Shown: positions 28,018-37,582, numbered from the stretch's first letter. The stretch: 64,000 nt of DNA from Candidatus Latescibacterota bacterium (GCA_965217585.1 OZ244561.1:6400001-6464000), one strand, 5' to 3'. Numbers and translations are program-made. The notes: generated from the sequence alone by a model not told the origin.

Positions 28018-29382
28018 TCAGTGGCGGGCACTGGCCAGCGTCCGCTGCTCTACGGCCTCGAGGACGGCCCGATGCACGGCCTCGTATTCAGCTTCGACCT
28101 CAATGGGCAGATTGCGATGCCTAGGCTCAACGTGGAACTCTCGCAATTGGTCTTCGTGGTATTTCACTTTGAAATCTGGAAACTTCAGTCCGTGCGCCGT
28201 GGATATTACGATCACCCGACTCTTGGGATCGACGTGCCCGGCTGCGATCATTTTGCTTAGAGCTGCTAAGGCGACGCCCGTGTGCGGACAGGTGAACAGC
28301 CCATTGTGGTCGGCCCTTGCACAGGCGTTGGCCAATTCGTCTTCCGTGGCCTCTTCGACGATGCCGTCGAAGTGCTGCAAGGTGCGAACGGCCCGCTCCC
28401 TGCTTACGGGGTTGCCGATCTTTATGGCACTGGCTAAGGTGTCGCGGGCCGTTTGCGGCTCAAAGGTGCGGAACCCGTCGAGATAACTGCGATAGAGCGG
28501 ATTGGCCTGGGCTGCTTGGGCGACGGCAAGGCGCGGCAGCTTGTCTATAAGCCCCATCTTCTTGCCCTCGATAAACCCTTTCCCCAAAGCACTAACGTTG
28601 CCCAGATTGCCGCCCGGGATAATGACCCAATCGGGGACCTCCCAGTGAAATTGCTGTAACAACTCAATCGCTATGGTCTTCTGCCCTTCAATGCGGAGTG
28701 AATTCATCGAGTTGGCCAGATAGATGTGGTCGCGGCGACAGATTTCCTGCACCAAGGCCATGCACCCGTCGAAATCGGTGCGCAGGGCGAGCGTCAGCGC
28801 GCCGTTGGCTATGGGCTGGATGAGTTGGGCGGTGGAGATCATATTTTTGGGCAACAACACGATCGCCGGAATGCCGGCGGCTGCGCAATACGCGGCCAAC
28901 GCCGCCGAAGTGTCCCCGGTTGAGGCGCAGGCTACCGCGGGTATAAACTGGCCCTCGGCAATCATCTGGTTGACCATGGAAACCAATACGGTCATGCCCA
29001 GGTCCTTAAACGAACCCGTATGACTATTACCGCACTGCTTGATCCACAGATCCTCCATGCCCAGTTCGGCACCCAAGCGCTCGGCCCACAGCAGATTGCT
29101 CCCCCCCTCGTACATAGAGACCACGTTCTCGTCTTCGACGAGAGGGCAAACCATCTCTTTTTTGCCCCAAACCGAACTCCCATACGGATGCACCGAACTC
29201 ATGTAGCGCTGATCAAATAGCGTCCTCCACTCGCCGCCCGAGCGCCGCTGTAAGGTTTCCATATCGTGGCGTACTTCGAGCAGCCCCCCACATTTTTGAC
29301 AGTGATAGACTATTTCGTTTAGCGGATAGCGCTCGTCGTCGCAATCGATACACTGGAACCAGGCATTATAGGAATAGGGCAT
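28018..29382 (-). CDS. thrC: Threonine synthase (plant-like subfamily)
   Basis: [54 protein letters not shown]. Confidence 0.93.
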   Translation of the reverse strand: MPYSYNAWFQCIDCDDERYPLNEIVYHCQKCGGLLEVRHDMETLQRRSGGEWRTLFDQRYMSSVHPYGSSVWGKKEMVCPLVEDENVVSMYEGGSNLLWAERLGAELGMEDLWIKQCGNSHTGSFKDLGMTVLVSMVNQMIAEGQFIPAVACASTGDTSAALAAYCAAAGIPAIVLLPKNMISTAQLIQPIANGALTLALRTDFDGCMALVQEICRRDHIYLANSMNSLRIEGQKTIAIELLQQFHWEVPDWVIIPGGNLGNVSALGKGFIEGKKMGLIDKLPRLAVAQAAQANPLYRSYLDGFRTFEPQTARDTLASAIKIGNPVSRERAVRTLQHFDGIVEEATEDELANACARADHNGLFTCPHTGVALAALSKMIAAGHVDPKSRVIVISTAHGLKFPDFKVKYHEDQLREFHVEPRHRNLPIEVEAEYEAVHRAVLEAVEQRTLASARH

Positions 29383-29417
29383 GCCAACTCGCTCTATTGG
29401 GGTGAATCAGGGCTTGT

Positions 29418-29888
29418 TCAGCCAAAAAGGGCATCTATTTCGTCCTCGTTTTTCGACTCTTCTTCATCGCTTGCCGGTTTGCTTGCCTCCTCTTGCTCGT
29501 CGCCGTGCAAGGCCTCAATGTTTTCCTCGGCGTCGGCATGGGTGTCATCGGACTCGGGTGCGGCGATTTCTCCTACGACTTCCGCATCGCTCTCTGCTGT
29601 GATAAAACCTTCGTCTTCGACTTCCCGCTGTAGAAGCGCCTGTGCCAATTCCACAAAATTTTCTTGGACACCCTCCCCTGCAGCGAGTGCTGGGGCATTT
29701 TGGCGCACGAATTCGACGACGTGATCCATCCCGGGAAAGGCATCGTCAAAAACCGTCAAATAGGCTCTTATTTTCTCGTCCTGTATCTGGTTCTTGACGT
29801 AATCGAGCCATGAATTTCCAAACAGCTTGGCCAGCGACTCCAAGGCTTCGAGCCGCTCCGCCACGTCGCGCAAGTCATCCGCGTTCAT
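29418..29888 (-). CDS. Hypothetical protein with acidic C-terminal tail
   Basis: 156-aa ORF co-oriented with thrC; AAGG/GAGG upstream of ATG. Confidence 0.7.
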   Translation of the reverse strand: MNADDLRDVAERLEALESLAKLFGNSWLDYVKNQIQDEKIRAYLTVFDDAFPGMDHVVEFVRQNAPALAAGEGVQENFVELAQALLQREVEDEGFITAESDAEVVGEIAAPESDDTHADAEENIEALHGDEQEEASKPASDEEESKNEDEIDALFG

Positions 29889-29941
29889 CCTTGCTGCCTC
29901 TGGAGATATTGAACATCGAAAAAAATATTACTAATGTGGAA

Positions 29942-30047
29942 CCCCGCTCTTTTCGGGGAGTTTAATCTATGCGAGCCATTCCGGTCATGGTTCGTATCCC
30001 TCCCAAGCGGTCAGGCGCATCCAAGGATGCCCTGGCCGCTACTTTTT
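29942..30047 (+). ncRNA. Candidate structured small RNA
   Basis: TTGAAC-17-TAATGT promoter; three hairpins whose G-U pairs work only on the + strand; last hairpin followed by a T-run. Confidence 0.4.
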
Positions 30048-30053
30048 CATTTT

Positions 30054-31052
30054 TTAGTTCAATCTCTGCACTACGATATAGCCCATGGGTACTTCCACGA
30101 TTGGACTCAGTTCCCCAACCTTCAGTTTCACTACGACTTCCTCAATTTCGGGCATGAGCTCACCCAGGCCAAAAAACCCCAAATCCCCGCCTTGATTGGC
30201 GTTGGGCGCAATGGAGAGCTGCTGCGCTAGCTGGGAAAAATCGGCTCCTTGAGCCATTTTTTCGAGGACTTTGAGTGCGGACGCTTCTGTTTCGACCAAT
30301 ATGTAGCGCGCCCGCATCTCACCGGCCATAATCGCCTGCACCTCTTCGATTTTGGCCGAGATCGCCTGGGCTAGGTAGGGATCCTGCGCCCGATCTTTAG
30401 CCAATTTGTAGTACTCGAGCGCTTCGGGATAGCGCTCGGCTCCGGCGAGGAGGAACGCGATGTTGTTGTAGGCTTCGACATTCTCCGGCGATAATTCCGC
30501 CAACTTTTGATAGTATTCAATGGCTCGATTTACCGAGTCCTTTTGCGCGTAGTAATACCCATATAGGCGATAGGCTTCCGAGTTTTTGTCGTCCAGTGCC
30601 AAGGCCCGGTCGAGGCGTTCGCACGCCCTTTCGCTATGCCCGGCCTGCATGTAGAGATAACCGAGGGTGCTGTGGACTTTAGTTGAGGAAGGGGCTAGAA
30701 TACTCGCTTGTTCAATGTAAAAAATAGAAGAATCTAGCTGGCCCATCGCCAAAAAGGCATCCCCCAACGCCGAATATACAGGTAGCTGCCTAGGGTCTTC
30801 TGCGAGCGATTGTTGCAGCGATTCGGCCGCCTGCTTATAGCCGCCGGTCTGCATGTAGAGGCTGGCCAAGCGATTGAGAAACATCGCGCTGCCAGCGCCC
30901 AGTTCGCGGGCCTTTTCGTATTCGGCTAACGCCAGCTTAGGCTGCCCTTGCTCCAATAGCGCATCTCCGCGCTGGACCGCCTCGACGATGTCTTGGCCGC
31001 TCGCCGGAGTTGCTATCCCTATTACAGCGGCGATCAGTCCTATAAACCTCAT
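30054..31052 (-). CDS. Exported TPR protein with C-terminal parvulin (PpiC) PPIase domain
   Basis: Signal peptide, about 6 TPRs, RARYILV...FSQLAQQLS...GGDLGFF...GELSPIV. Confidence 0.88.
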   Translation of the reverse strand: MRFIGLIAAVIGIATPASGQDIVEAVQRGDALLEQGQPKLALAEYEKARELGAGSAMFLNRLASLYMQTGGYKQAAESLQQSLAEDPRQLPVYSALGDAFLAMGQLDSSIFYIEQASILAPSSTKVHSTLGYLYMQAGHSERACERLDRALALDDKNSEAYRLYGYYYAQKDSVNRAIEYYQKLAELSPENVEAYNNIAFLLAGAERYPEALEYYKLAKDRAQDPYLAQAISAKIEEVQAIMAGEMRARYILVETEASALKVLEKMAQGADFSQLAQQLSIAPNANQGGDLGFFGLGELMPEIEEVVVKLKVGELSPIVEVPMGYIVVQRLN

Positions 31053-31075
31053 ACTCCCTCACATCGCGTACTGAG

Positions 31076-31798
31076 CTAGCGCAGTTGGCGCAGGACTTCC
31101 TCGGTAATCCGCTCGACTAGATCGCTTTCTCCGGCCGGCTCACAGGACGGCCGATCTCCAATCCCAAAGCGCTTCCTCAGGTTCGTGAGATCTTCTACAT
31201 CTTTACCCCCAAGCGTGCGTATCCCGCCGAGTTGGTGCGCCACCAAGGCGATTTGGGCAAAGTGTTCGACGGTCTCCATCTTGAAATGGGCGTCCATGAC
31301 GTGTTGGCCCACGGTTACCACCCCGTGATTGGCCATTAGAACGGCGTCGTATTGTCGCAAAAGTGGCTTCATCGGCTCGACGATATCAGGGCCGCCGGGC
31401 GTGCCGTAGTCCGCCAGCGGAACGCCCCCGAGGCTGACGATCACTTCGGGCAACACGCACTGAGTCAGCTCAATGCCAGCGACGGCAAAACCGGTCGCTG
31501 TCGGCGGATGCGCATGGACGACGGCGCGGACATCGGACCGCAACTTGTAGATTTCGAGGTGCATGCGGATTTCCGACGATATTTTCATCGCGCCCGCTAC
31601 TTGCCGGCCCTCCATACTGCAGGTGGCCAGCATGTCTGCACTCAGATAGCCCTTGCTCACCCCAGTCGGCGTACACAGCACTAGGTCGTCCTCTATGCGG
31701 ACGCTGATATTGCCGTCATTGGCCGCTACGTACCCGCGCTGATAGACCCTGTGCCCTACTTCGCATATTTCTTTTTTAATCGCATACGCCGAATTCAT
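31076..31798 (-). CDS. Class II aldolase/adducin family (fuculose-1-P aldolase-like, BMC-associated)
   Basis: AANDGNISVR, SSEIRMH, VVHAHPP, MANHG. Confidence 0.9.
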   Translation of the reverse strand: MNSAYAIKKEICEVGHRVYQRGYVAANDGNISVRIEDDLVLCTPTGVSKGYLSADMLATCSMEGRQVAGAMKISSEIRMHLEIYKLRSDVRAVVHAHPPTATGFAVAGIELTQCVLPEVIVSLGGVPLADYGTPGGPDIVEPMKPLLRQYDAVLMANHGVVTVGQHVMDAHFKMETVEHFAQIALVAHQLGGIRTLGGKDVEDLTNLRKRFGIGDRPSCEPAGESDLVERITEEVLRQLR

Positions 31799-32625
31799 AA
31801 GGCGACCTTTCCCATCGTCCGCAGTCGGCGGCTACCAATCCACAGCCATCCCAAGCCAGCCGGCAAGCACACATTAGAGGCAAAAATCAGGATGCTGGCC
31901 ACAAAAGCGGGTTGCGGCTCTAAGCCGAGGCTGCTAAATACCAAGATGGCCGCCGCCTCGCGGACCCCTAGATCCAAAAACCCCAAGGGCAACAAGGTTT
32001 TCAGGGCAAATATCACCGGCACCGCCAACACAACCGCTGAGTCGGTACCCACGCTGGAGGTGACCAAATAGAAAAATTGCGCCATGAATACCATGTTGAA
32101 CAAGACGGATAACCCGACGATGGCCCCCCATGCAACCGGCCCGCTCGCTTTCCGGCGGCACCAGCCCCAATACAGCAGCGGGCCGAGGAAGCAGAATAGC
32201 AACAGCAAAAAGCCCCTGAGATGGGGCCATAAAATCCATGCGGCTGCGGCCCCCAATCCCAACGTGACCGCGGCAGAACTCAACTTGTCCACGGCCGTCA
32301 GCAACGCGGCCTTGGTCCGGCTCCGCCCCAAGAAAACGCCGCGCCCCAGCTCACCTAAACGGCTGGGTGTCACCAGACCGAGGGCTGCGCCACCCAGCAA
32401 CGAATAGAGCGCATCCCGCCCATTGACCTCGGGGATTTGGTTGCGCAACAACAACTGCCACTTAATCCACTGCACGCCGATGCCTACTAGGGCAATCGCC
32501 CCGCAGATGAGCACTTTGTCCCTACCGACCTGCCCAGCGGTCGCAAGCAGTGCAGCCGGTTCGAGGTACCATGCGGCCCAGCCGAGCAGGGCCGTTGCCA
32601 AGATGATTTTTGCCCAAATTAACAT
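31795..32625 (-). CDS. Lysylphosphatidylglycerol synthase TM domain / flippase-like protein
   Basis: TPSRLGELGR, LGVREAA; multiple TMs. Confidence 0.8.
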   Translation of the reverse strand: MLIWAKIILATALLGWAAWYLEPAALLATAGQVGRDKVLICGAIALVGIGVQWIKWQLLLRNQIPEVNGRDALYSLLGGAALGLVTPSRLGELGRGVFLGRSRTKAALLTAVDKLSSAAVTLGLGAAAAWILWPHLRGFLLLLFCFLGPLLYWGWCRRKASGPVAWGAIVGLSVLFNMVFMAQFFYLVTSSVGTDSAVVLAVPVIFALKTLLPLGFLDLGVREAAAILVFSSLGLEPQPAFVASILIFASNVCLPAGLGWLWIGSRRLRTMGKVAL

Positions 32626-32912
32626 GCAGTCGCTGGGGGGCGGATTAGGGGCAACGCAGCTTCCGTGCTCTCATGCGGCCGGGGAATGATACTGAGCGCA
32701 ACTATTTCACCCGCGCTCGCCGCGGCCACGGCACCAGCTTCAGTAGCTGCGCGCACAGCGGCCACGTCTCCGCGGACGACGACCGAGACCAGCCCGCCGC
32801 CTACTTGCTGCCAGCCGACCCCCTCGACCTCAGCGGCTTTGACCATCGCGTCTACCGCTTCGACCATAGCTACCCAGCCGCGGGTTTCAATCATGCCCAG
32901 GGCGCGTCCCAT
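32619..32912 (-). CDS. Bacterial microcompartment shell hexamer (BMC-H, EutM/PduA-like)
   Basis: ALGMIETRG...DAMVKAA...VRGDVAAVRAA...IIPRPH. Confidence 0.93.
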   Translation of the reverse strand: MGRALGMIETRGWVAMVEAVDAMVKAAEVEGVGWQQVGGGLVSVVVRGDVAAVRAATEAGAVAAASAGEIVALSIIPRPHESTEAALPLIRPPATAC

Positions 32913-33050
32913 TGGTCTGTTTCACTCTTGTTTAGACGGCAGAAGATAGGCGACCTAACACCTTCCGTCAAAGCACAAAAAAGCGTCCCCCAAGACGGTC
33001 TGGGCAACGCCACTGTGTTAAGCCTAGCGCTCCGCGCTTTCTTCTGAGCC

Positions 33051-34142
33051 TCAAGCCTTAAAAAGGAAGGTGATGACGTCCCCATCGGCTACGGCGTAAT
33101 CCCGGCCTTCACTCCGCAATTGCCCGGCCGCTTTCAGCGGTGCCCATCCCCCCATAGTAAGTAGCTGATCACAAGAGACTAGTTCGGCGCGGATAAATCC
33201 CTTTTCCATGTCCGTGTGGATCCGCCCGGCCGCTCGCGGTGCCTTTTCCCCACGCCGCAACTGCCAAGCCTGCAGCTTGCCGTTGGCGAGCGTGTAGAAG
33301 GTAATCAGATCCAGCAGCTTGTATCCGGCTTGGACTAAGCGCTCTATTCCCCCCTGCTCCAGCCCCAATTCCCTGATGAACTCCGCTCTCTCCTCCCGGC
33401 TCAGACCGGCCATCTCCGCTTCGAACTGTGCCGAGACGACCAGCACTTGATCCGCTCCATAGCGTTTGACTAGCCAATCCACCCATGGCCCTGGCGCACC
33501 GGCTTCCGCTTCCCCGACATTGGCCGCATAAAGCACCGGCCTTGCCGTCAGCAAGCGATACGGAGCGAGCGCGTCTTTTTCTTCCATAGTCAACCCCATC
33601 GCCGCCGTGCCCGTTCCACGCTGCAATCCCTCTAAGACCTTGACGCAGGCCGCTAACTCGTGTGTGCGCGTGCTCCGCGGCTCAGAGCGAACTACTTTAT
33701 CTAAATAGGGCACGGCCTTTTCCATGATCGCCAAATCCGCTAGCAGCAACTCCGTTTCAATGGTCTCAATATCGCGCAAGGGGTCTATCGCCCCATCTAC
33801 ATGGCTTATTTGCGCGTCGTCAAAGCAGCGCACCACATGGACTAGGGCATCGGCATCTCTGACGTGGGAGAGGAATTGATTGCCCAACCCGGCACCTTGG
33901 TTCGCGCCCCGCACCAGCCCAGCAATATCGACAAAGTGGATGCTCGTAGGCGTTGTGGATTCCGGCTGTGTAACCTCGCTCAGCCGCTCCAATCGCGGAT
34001 CTGGAACCTCGACGGTACCCACATTGGGTGCCACTGTGCAAAATGGGTAATTAGATACCTCGACTCCATCTCCTGTTAGCGCGTTGAAGAGCGTTGATTT
34101 GCCTACATTGGGCAAGCCGATTATGCCGATGGAGAGAGCCAT
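33051..34142 (-). CDS. ychF: Obg-like ATPase YchF
   Basis: GLPNVGKST, NYPFCT, DIAGLV, GLGNQFL, IHTDMEKGFIRAE. Confidence 0.95.
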   Translation of the reverse strand: MALSIGIIGLPNVGKSTLFNALTGDGVEVSNYPFCTVAPNVGTVEVPDPRLERLSEVTQPESTTPTSIHFVDIAGLVRGANQGAGLGNQFLSHVRDADALVHVVRCFDDAQISHVDGAIDPLRDIETIETELLLADLAIMEKAVPYLDKVVRSEPRSTRTHELAACVKVLEGLQRGTGTAAMGLTMEEKDALAPYRLLTARPVLYAANVGEAEAGAPGPWVDWLVKRYGADQVLVVSAQFEAEMAGLSREERAEFIRELGLEQGGIERLVQAGYKLLDLITFYTLANGKLQAWQLRRGEKAPRAAGRIHTDMEKGFIRAELVSCDQLLTMGGWAPLKAAGQLRSEGRDYAVADGDVITFLFKA

Positions 34143-34159
34143 ATCTCATATCGCAAATA

Positions 34160-34200
34160 AATTAAGTCCCTGTAAGGCAAAAGCTCACAGGGACTTAATT
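34160..34200 (-). terminator. Hairpin / terminator downstream of tRNA cluster
   Basis: Perfect 14-bp inverted repeat AATTAAGTCCCTGT / ACAGGGACTTAATT. Confidence 0.7.
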
Positions 34201-34202
34201 CG

Positions 34203-34280
34203 TGGTCGGGGTGGCCGGATTTGAACCGGCGACCCCCTGCTCCCGAAGCAGGTGCGCTAGCCGGGCTGCGCTACACCCCG
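34203..34280 (-). tRNA. tRNA-Pro(CGG)
   Basis: Cloverleaf CGGGGTG...; anticodon arm CCTGC-TTCGGGA-GCAGG; GTTCAAATC T-loop; encoded CCA. Confidence 0.96.
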
Positions 34281-34326
34281 ACATGGACAAGCAAAAGCTG
34301 CGATCTCTATACTACTATTATAAAAA

Positions 34327-34404
34327 TGGTCGGGGTGACTGGATTTGAACCAGCGACCTCTTCCACCCCAAGGAAGCGCGCTAGCCGGGCTGCGCCACAC
34401 CCCG
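34327..34404 (-). tRNA. tRNA-Pro(GGG)
   Basis: Anticodon arm CTTCC-TTGGGGT-GGAAG; encoded CCA. Confidence 0.96.
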
Positions 34405-34437
34405 ACTCAATTATCCGACCATACTCTGGCGACAAAA

Positions 34438-34514
34438 TGGTGAGCTAACCAGGATTCGAACCTGGGACCTCCGGTTCCGGAGACCGGCGCTCTATCCAGC
34501 TGAGCTATTAGCCC
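34438..34514 (-). tRNA. tRNA-Arg(CCG)
   Basis: GGGCTAA acceptor; anticodon arm CCGGT-CTCCGGA-ACCGG; encoded CCA. Confidence 0.96.
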
Positions 34515-34520
34515 CTTAGC

Positions 34521-34616
34521 CTAGATATTCTTCTTCTTGTGTCGATTTTTGCGCAGTCTCTTCTTGCGCTTGTGCGTAGCGATCTTATGCCGCTTTCTCT
34601 TCCTGCCACAGGGCAT
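34521..34616 (-). CDS. Small basic ribosomal protein bS22 (AURKAIP1/COX24 domain)
   Basis: MPCGRKRKRHKIATHKRKKRLRKNRHKKKNI; AGGAG RBS; not in ORF track. Confidence 0.88.
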   Translation of the reverse strand: MPCGRKRKRHKIATHKRKKRLRKNRHKKKNI

Positions 34617-34926
34617 CTTTTTTTTCTCCTGGACCTTTGTCCTCTACGTTTTCCCCATTGACGCGCACCCGCAATTCCTTTGAAGGCTTAAATGCCGGGG
34701 CCTTGCGACCGGCGATTTTCACTTCGTCACCCGTGCGTGGATTGCGACCTGTGCGCGGTGCCCGCTCGACGACTTTGAAGGTGCCAAAACCGCGAATTTC
34801 AATGTGATCTTCCCGTTCCAAAGCCTCGACTACGGATTCAATAAAGCCATCGACGACAGCCGCAGTATCCGTCTTGGTAAGCCCAGTTCCTTCGGCGATG
34901 AGACGCACGATATCAGCTTTCGTCAA
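34585..34926 (-). CDS. hup: HU/IHF-family DNA-binding protein
   Basis: MTKADIV...IRGFGTF...GRNPRTG...FKPSKEL. Confidence 0.92.
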   Translation of the reverse strand: MTKADIVRLIAEGTGLTKTDTAAVVDGFIESVVEALEREDHIEIRGFGTFKVVERAPRTGRNPRTGDEVKIAGRKAPAFKPSKELRVRVNGENVEDKGPGEKKDALWQEEKAA

Positions 34927-35035
34927 GACCGTACTCTCTATTTGGGTGAATTGAAATCGCGTTAACTATCACGCCAGCAAACAGTTTTAAAGGATATGGC
35001 ACGGCTCATGCTCTGTCAAGGCAAGCAGCGCCTCC

Positions 35036-35809
35036 TCAGCCTGGGCCGCGGTTTTTGCCGAGTACGAAAACCTCTTCGAGTACAGAAAAATCCACGATCG
35101 ACTTGAGGATGACTCGTAAAAAGACTGGAGCCCGTTTCTCCTGATTCACCTCCACCACTGTGCCAATCGGTATGCCCTTGGGGTAGCGCCCGCCCAACCC
35201 CGACGACACGACCAGATCGCCCTCCCGCACCAAGTTGCTCGCTTCGACGAATCGCAACTGGAACCGGCCGTCGACCCACGACACAATGCCTTGGGCACGC
35301 GTCACTCGGATCAAAGCACTAACTCTCGTGCGCATCAACAACTGCACGACCGAGTCTGATGCACCGACTTGGGCAATGTGACCGACGAGCCCTTCGGGCG
35401 TCACCACGGGCATATCCTTATCTACGCCGAGGTCACGGCCAGCGTTGATAACGATCGTGTCGTAAATGTGGTCGGGGTCTCGGCCGATCACTTCGGCAGA
35501 AATAACGCGCGTGCCTTCATCTATAGGCCGAAAGGACAGGGCCTTGCGCAGGCGCACATTTTCCCATCCAGCCTCCTGTAGCTGCATGTTGTCGAGGGCT
35601 AGGGCTACGTTTTGGGTCAGGAGAAAACGGCTCTTTTCTTCGCTGCGGGCAGAGCGGATGACTTGCGAAAACAGTGCTTGACCTGATGCCAATAGACCGA
35701 CCTGGCACCGCTCGGCGATGTAGGTCTTATAGGATTGAGGTAAGCTCATCAAGATCAAGGCGCAGGCAACGGCCAGCCCAATGACGAAGAGCTCCCGGGT
35801 ATTGGCCAT
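35036..35809 (-). CDS. mreC: Rod shape-determining protein MreC
   Basis: TM, coiled coil (ENVRLRKAL), GLVG, SGLGGRYPKGIPIG. Confidence 0.92.
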   Translation of the reverse strand: MANTRELFVIGLAVACALILMSLPQSYKTYIAERCQVGLLASGQALFSQVIRSARSEEKSRFLLTQNVALALDNMQLQEAGWENVRLRKALSFRPIDEGTRVISAEVIGRDPDHIYDTIVINAGRDLGVDKDMPVVTPEGLVGHIAQVGASDSVVQLLMRTRVSALIRVTRAQGIVSWVDGRFQLRFVEASNLVREGDLVVSSGLGGRYPKGIPIGTVVEVNQEKRAPVFLRVILKSIVDFSVLEEVFVLGKNRGPG

Positions 35810-35815
35810 AGTCGA

Positions 35816-36835
35816 TTAGAGCAGAACTTGGCGGTAGTTATCAAACTCTTCAAGAATGCGGGCATTGCCCCGCACCACGGCCGAAAGCGGGTCTTCACTA
35901 TCGACATAAGTAGGCAAATTCGTCGCCTCAAGCAGGTGCTCCTTCAGCCCTCGCAGCATGCTCCCACCGCCGCAGAGCACCATGCCTCTATCGAGGATAT
36001 CCGCCGCCAATTCGGGTGGCATCCTCTCCAACACTCTGCGCACGCTGGCGACGATTTGGGCTACGGAACCGGCTAGGGATTCTCGTATCTCAACTGAGTC
36101 CACTTGTAAGACTTTGGGTAGCCCGGCTACGGTATCGCGACCACGCACCGCGATACTCTCTTCTGTATCCAATTCCGTCGCCGACCCGATTTTCCACTTG
36201 ATGGTCTCGGCACCTTGGATGCCAATAAGCAGGTTGTGCTTTCTACGCATCCACTCGGTAATTGACTGGTCCATGGCCTCTCCAGCCACCCGCAGCGACT
36301 CGTGTTCGACTAGACCTGAAAGGGCGATTACGGCGACCTCCGTCGTCCCGCCGCCGACATCGATGACCATTGAGCCGACGGCTTGATCGACCGGCAATCC
36401 CATGCCGATGGCCGCGGCCATCGGCTCGCTGACCATATGGACTTCTCTGGCCCCCACGCGCTCGCAGGAGTTTCGCACGGCCCGCTTCTCTACTTCAGTG
36501 CTGCCTGCCGGGACCGCCACCACGATCTTGGGCCGCACGAAAAGTTTGTTCTTTTTAACTTTGCGGATAAAGCTGCGAATCATCTCTTCGGTAACTTCAA
36601 AATCGGCTATGACGCCGTCCTTCAGGGGGCGAATTATTTGAATGCCGGCGTTTTCACGCCCCATCATCTCCTTGGCCTCTGCACCGACGGCAATGACTTT
36701 TTGGGTGGCGACTTGGCGGGCCACAACCGAGGGCTCGTTGAGGACGATTCCCTTGCCTTTGACAAACACCAAGGTATTGGCGGTGCCCAAGTCTATGCCT
36801 ATTTCATGCGAAAAGAAACGCGATAAAACGCTCAT
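35816..36835 (-). CDS. mreB: Rod shape-determining actin MreB
   Basis: GIDLGTANT, RPLKDGVIADF, EPMAAAIG, DVGGGTTEVA. Confidence 0.97.
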   Translation of the reverse strand: MSVLSRFFSHEIGIDLGTANTLVFVKGKGIVLNEPSVVARQVATQKVIAVGAEAKEMMGRENAGIQIIRPLKDGVIADFEVTEEMIRSFIRKVKKNKLFVRPKIVVAVPAGSTEVEKRAVRNSCERVGAREVHMVSEPMAAAIGMGLPVDQAVGSMVIDVGGGTTEVAVIALSGLVEHESLRVAGEAMDQSITEWMRRKHNLLIGIQGAETIKWKIGSATELDTEESIAVRGRDTVAGLPKVLQVDSVEIRESLAGSVAQIVASVRRVLERMPPELAADILDRGMVLCGGGSMLRGLKEHLLEATNLPTYVDSEDPLSAVVRGNARILEEFDNYRQVLL

Positions 36836-36934
36836 TCTGTATCTCCATCCAAAAAGTTAAATCTCGACTCTGTAGCCTTGGTTTGAGCACCCCGGCATTG
36901 AGAGCATCCGCTATTGCCTATCTATAATAAGTAA

Positions 36935-36959
36935 GGTGATTTGGATTTGCCAAATCACC
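36935..36959. promoter_or_regulatory. Perfect inverted repeat in divergent promoter region (candidate operator)
   Basis: GGTGATTTGG-ATTTG-CCAAATCACC overlapping TTGCCA (-35) of a TTGCCA-16-TATATT promoter. Confidence 0.5.
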
Positions 36960-37036
36960 CGCCCCCCTTATATTTTCTAGCGCTAGTTAATTCTGGACAC
37001 ACTGCACGCAAATTTCAGGGAGGCAGCGCATTCGCT

Positions 37037-37522
37037 ATGAACAAGGCCGCGCGGCATGTACTGCGGAGATTAGGCACTGATACTAGCTTGGACCACGAGC
37101 GCCAACAGCGCCTTTCACGCGAGGTCCAAGAAGAGCAGCAAAAACGCCGGGAACAAGGGGGCGATCAAGATACCAGCTTCGAGGCCATTCCCGAGGAAAT
37201 GCTGACTGAGTCGGAAAAGCGCCACGAGAAGTATCGCCGCCAACAGGCCATGGCCGGGCGGTTTACCCCCGCTGCCGAGCGCCTGCCCATTATGACGGCT
37301 GAAGAGCGGGCCGCCCACAACAAGGATCGTCCCAAGTGGCAGCAGACTTCGTTTGAGGGACCGATTGAAAAGCTAATCGAGAAATACCAAGACCTAGAGG
37401 AAGTACAACGCCACCTGACCTTGGGTCAATCCATGAAGTACGAGTTTACCAGCGACGGCCGCGTCCTCGACAAAGAAGGTAATCTGATCTTCGATGGAGA
37501 AAAGGTCGTCGGCAAACTCTAG
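37037..37522 (+). CDS. Hypothetical charged protein
   Basis: GGGAGG RBS, promoter-like upstream, 161 aa. Confidence 0.7.
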   Translation: MNKAARHVLRRLGTDTSLDHERQQRLSREVQEEQQKRREQGGDQDTSFEAIPEEMLTESEKRHEKYRRQQAMAGRFTPAAERLPIMTAEERAAHNKDRPKWQQTSFEGPIEKLIEKYQDLEEVQRHLTLGQSMKYEFTSDGRVLDKEGNLIFDGEKVVGKL

Positions 37523-37582
37523 GTTGGCTGGCTTGCTCCCCTCTTAAGACGCACAAGTGGCTGCTCGCCACAATCCGACTTG

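Noticed and set aside
29942-30047. TPP, SAM or c-di-GMP riboswitch, SRP RNA or 6S RNA
   Set aside because: Diagnostic conserved motifs are not present on either strand; kept only as an unknown structured RNA.
35036-36835. mreBC without mreD/mrdA/rodA
   Set aside because: Split mre operons are common and the missing genes may lie elsewhere.
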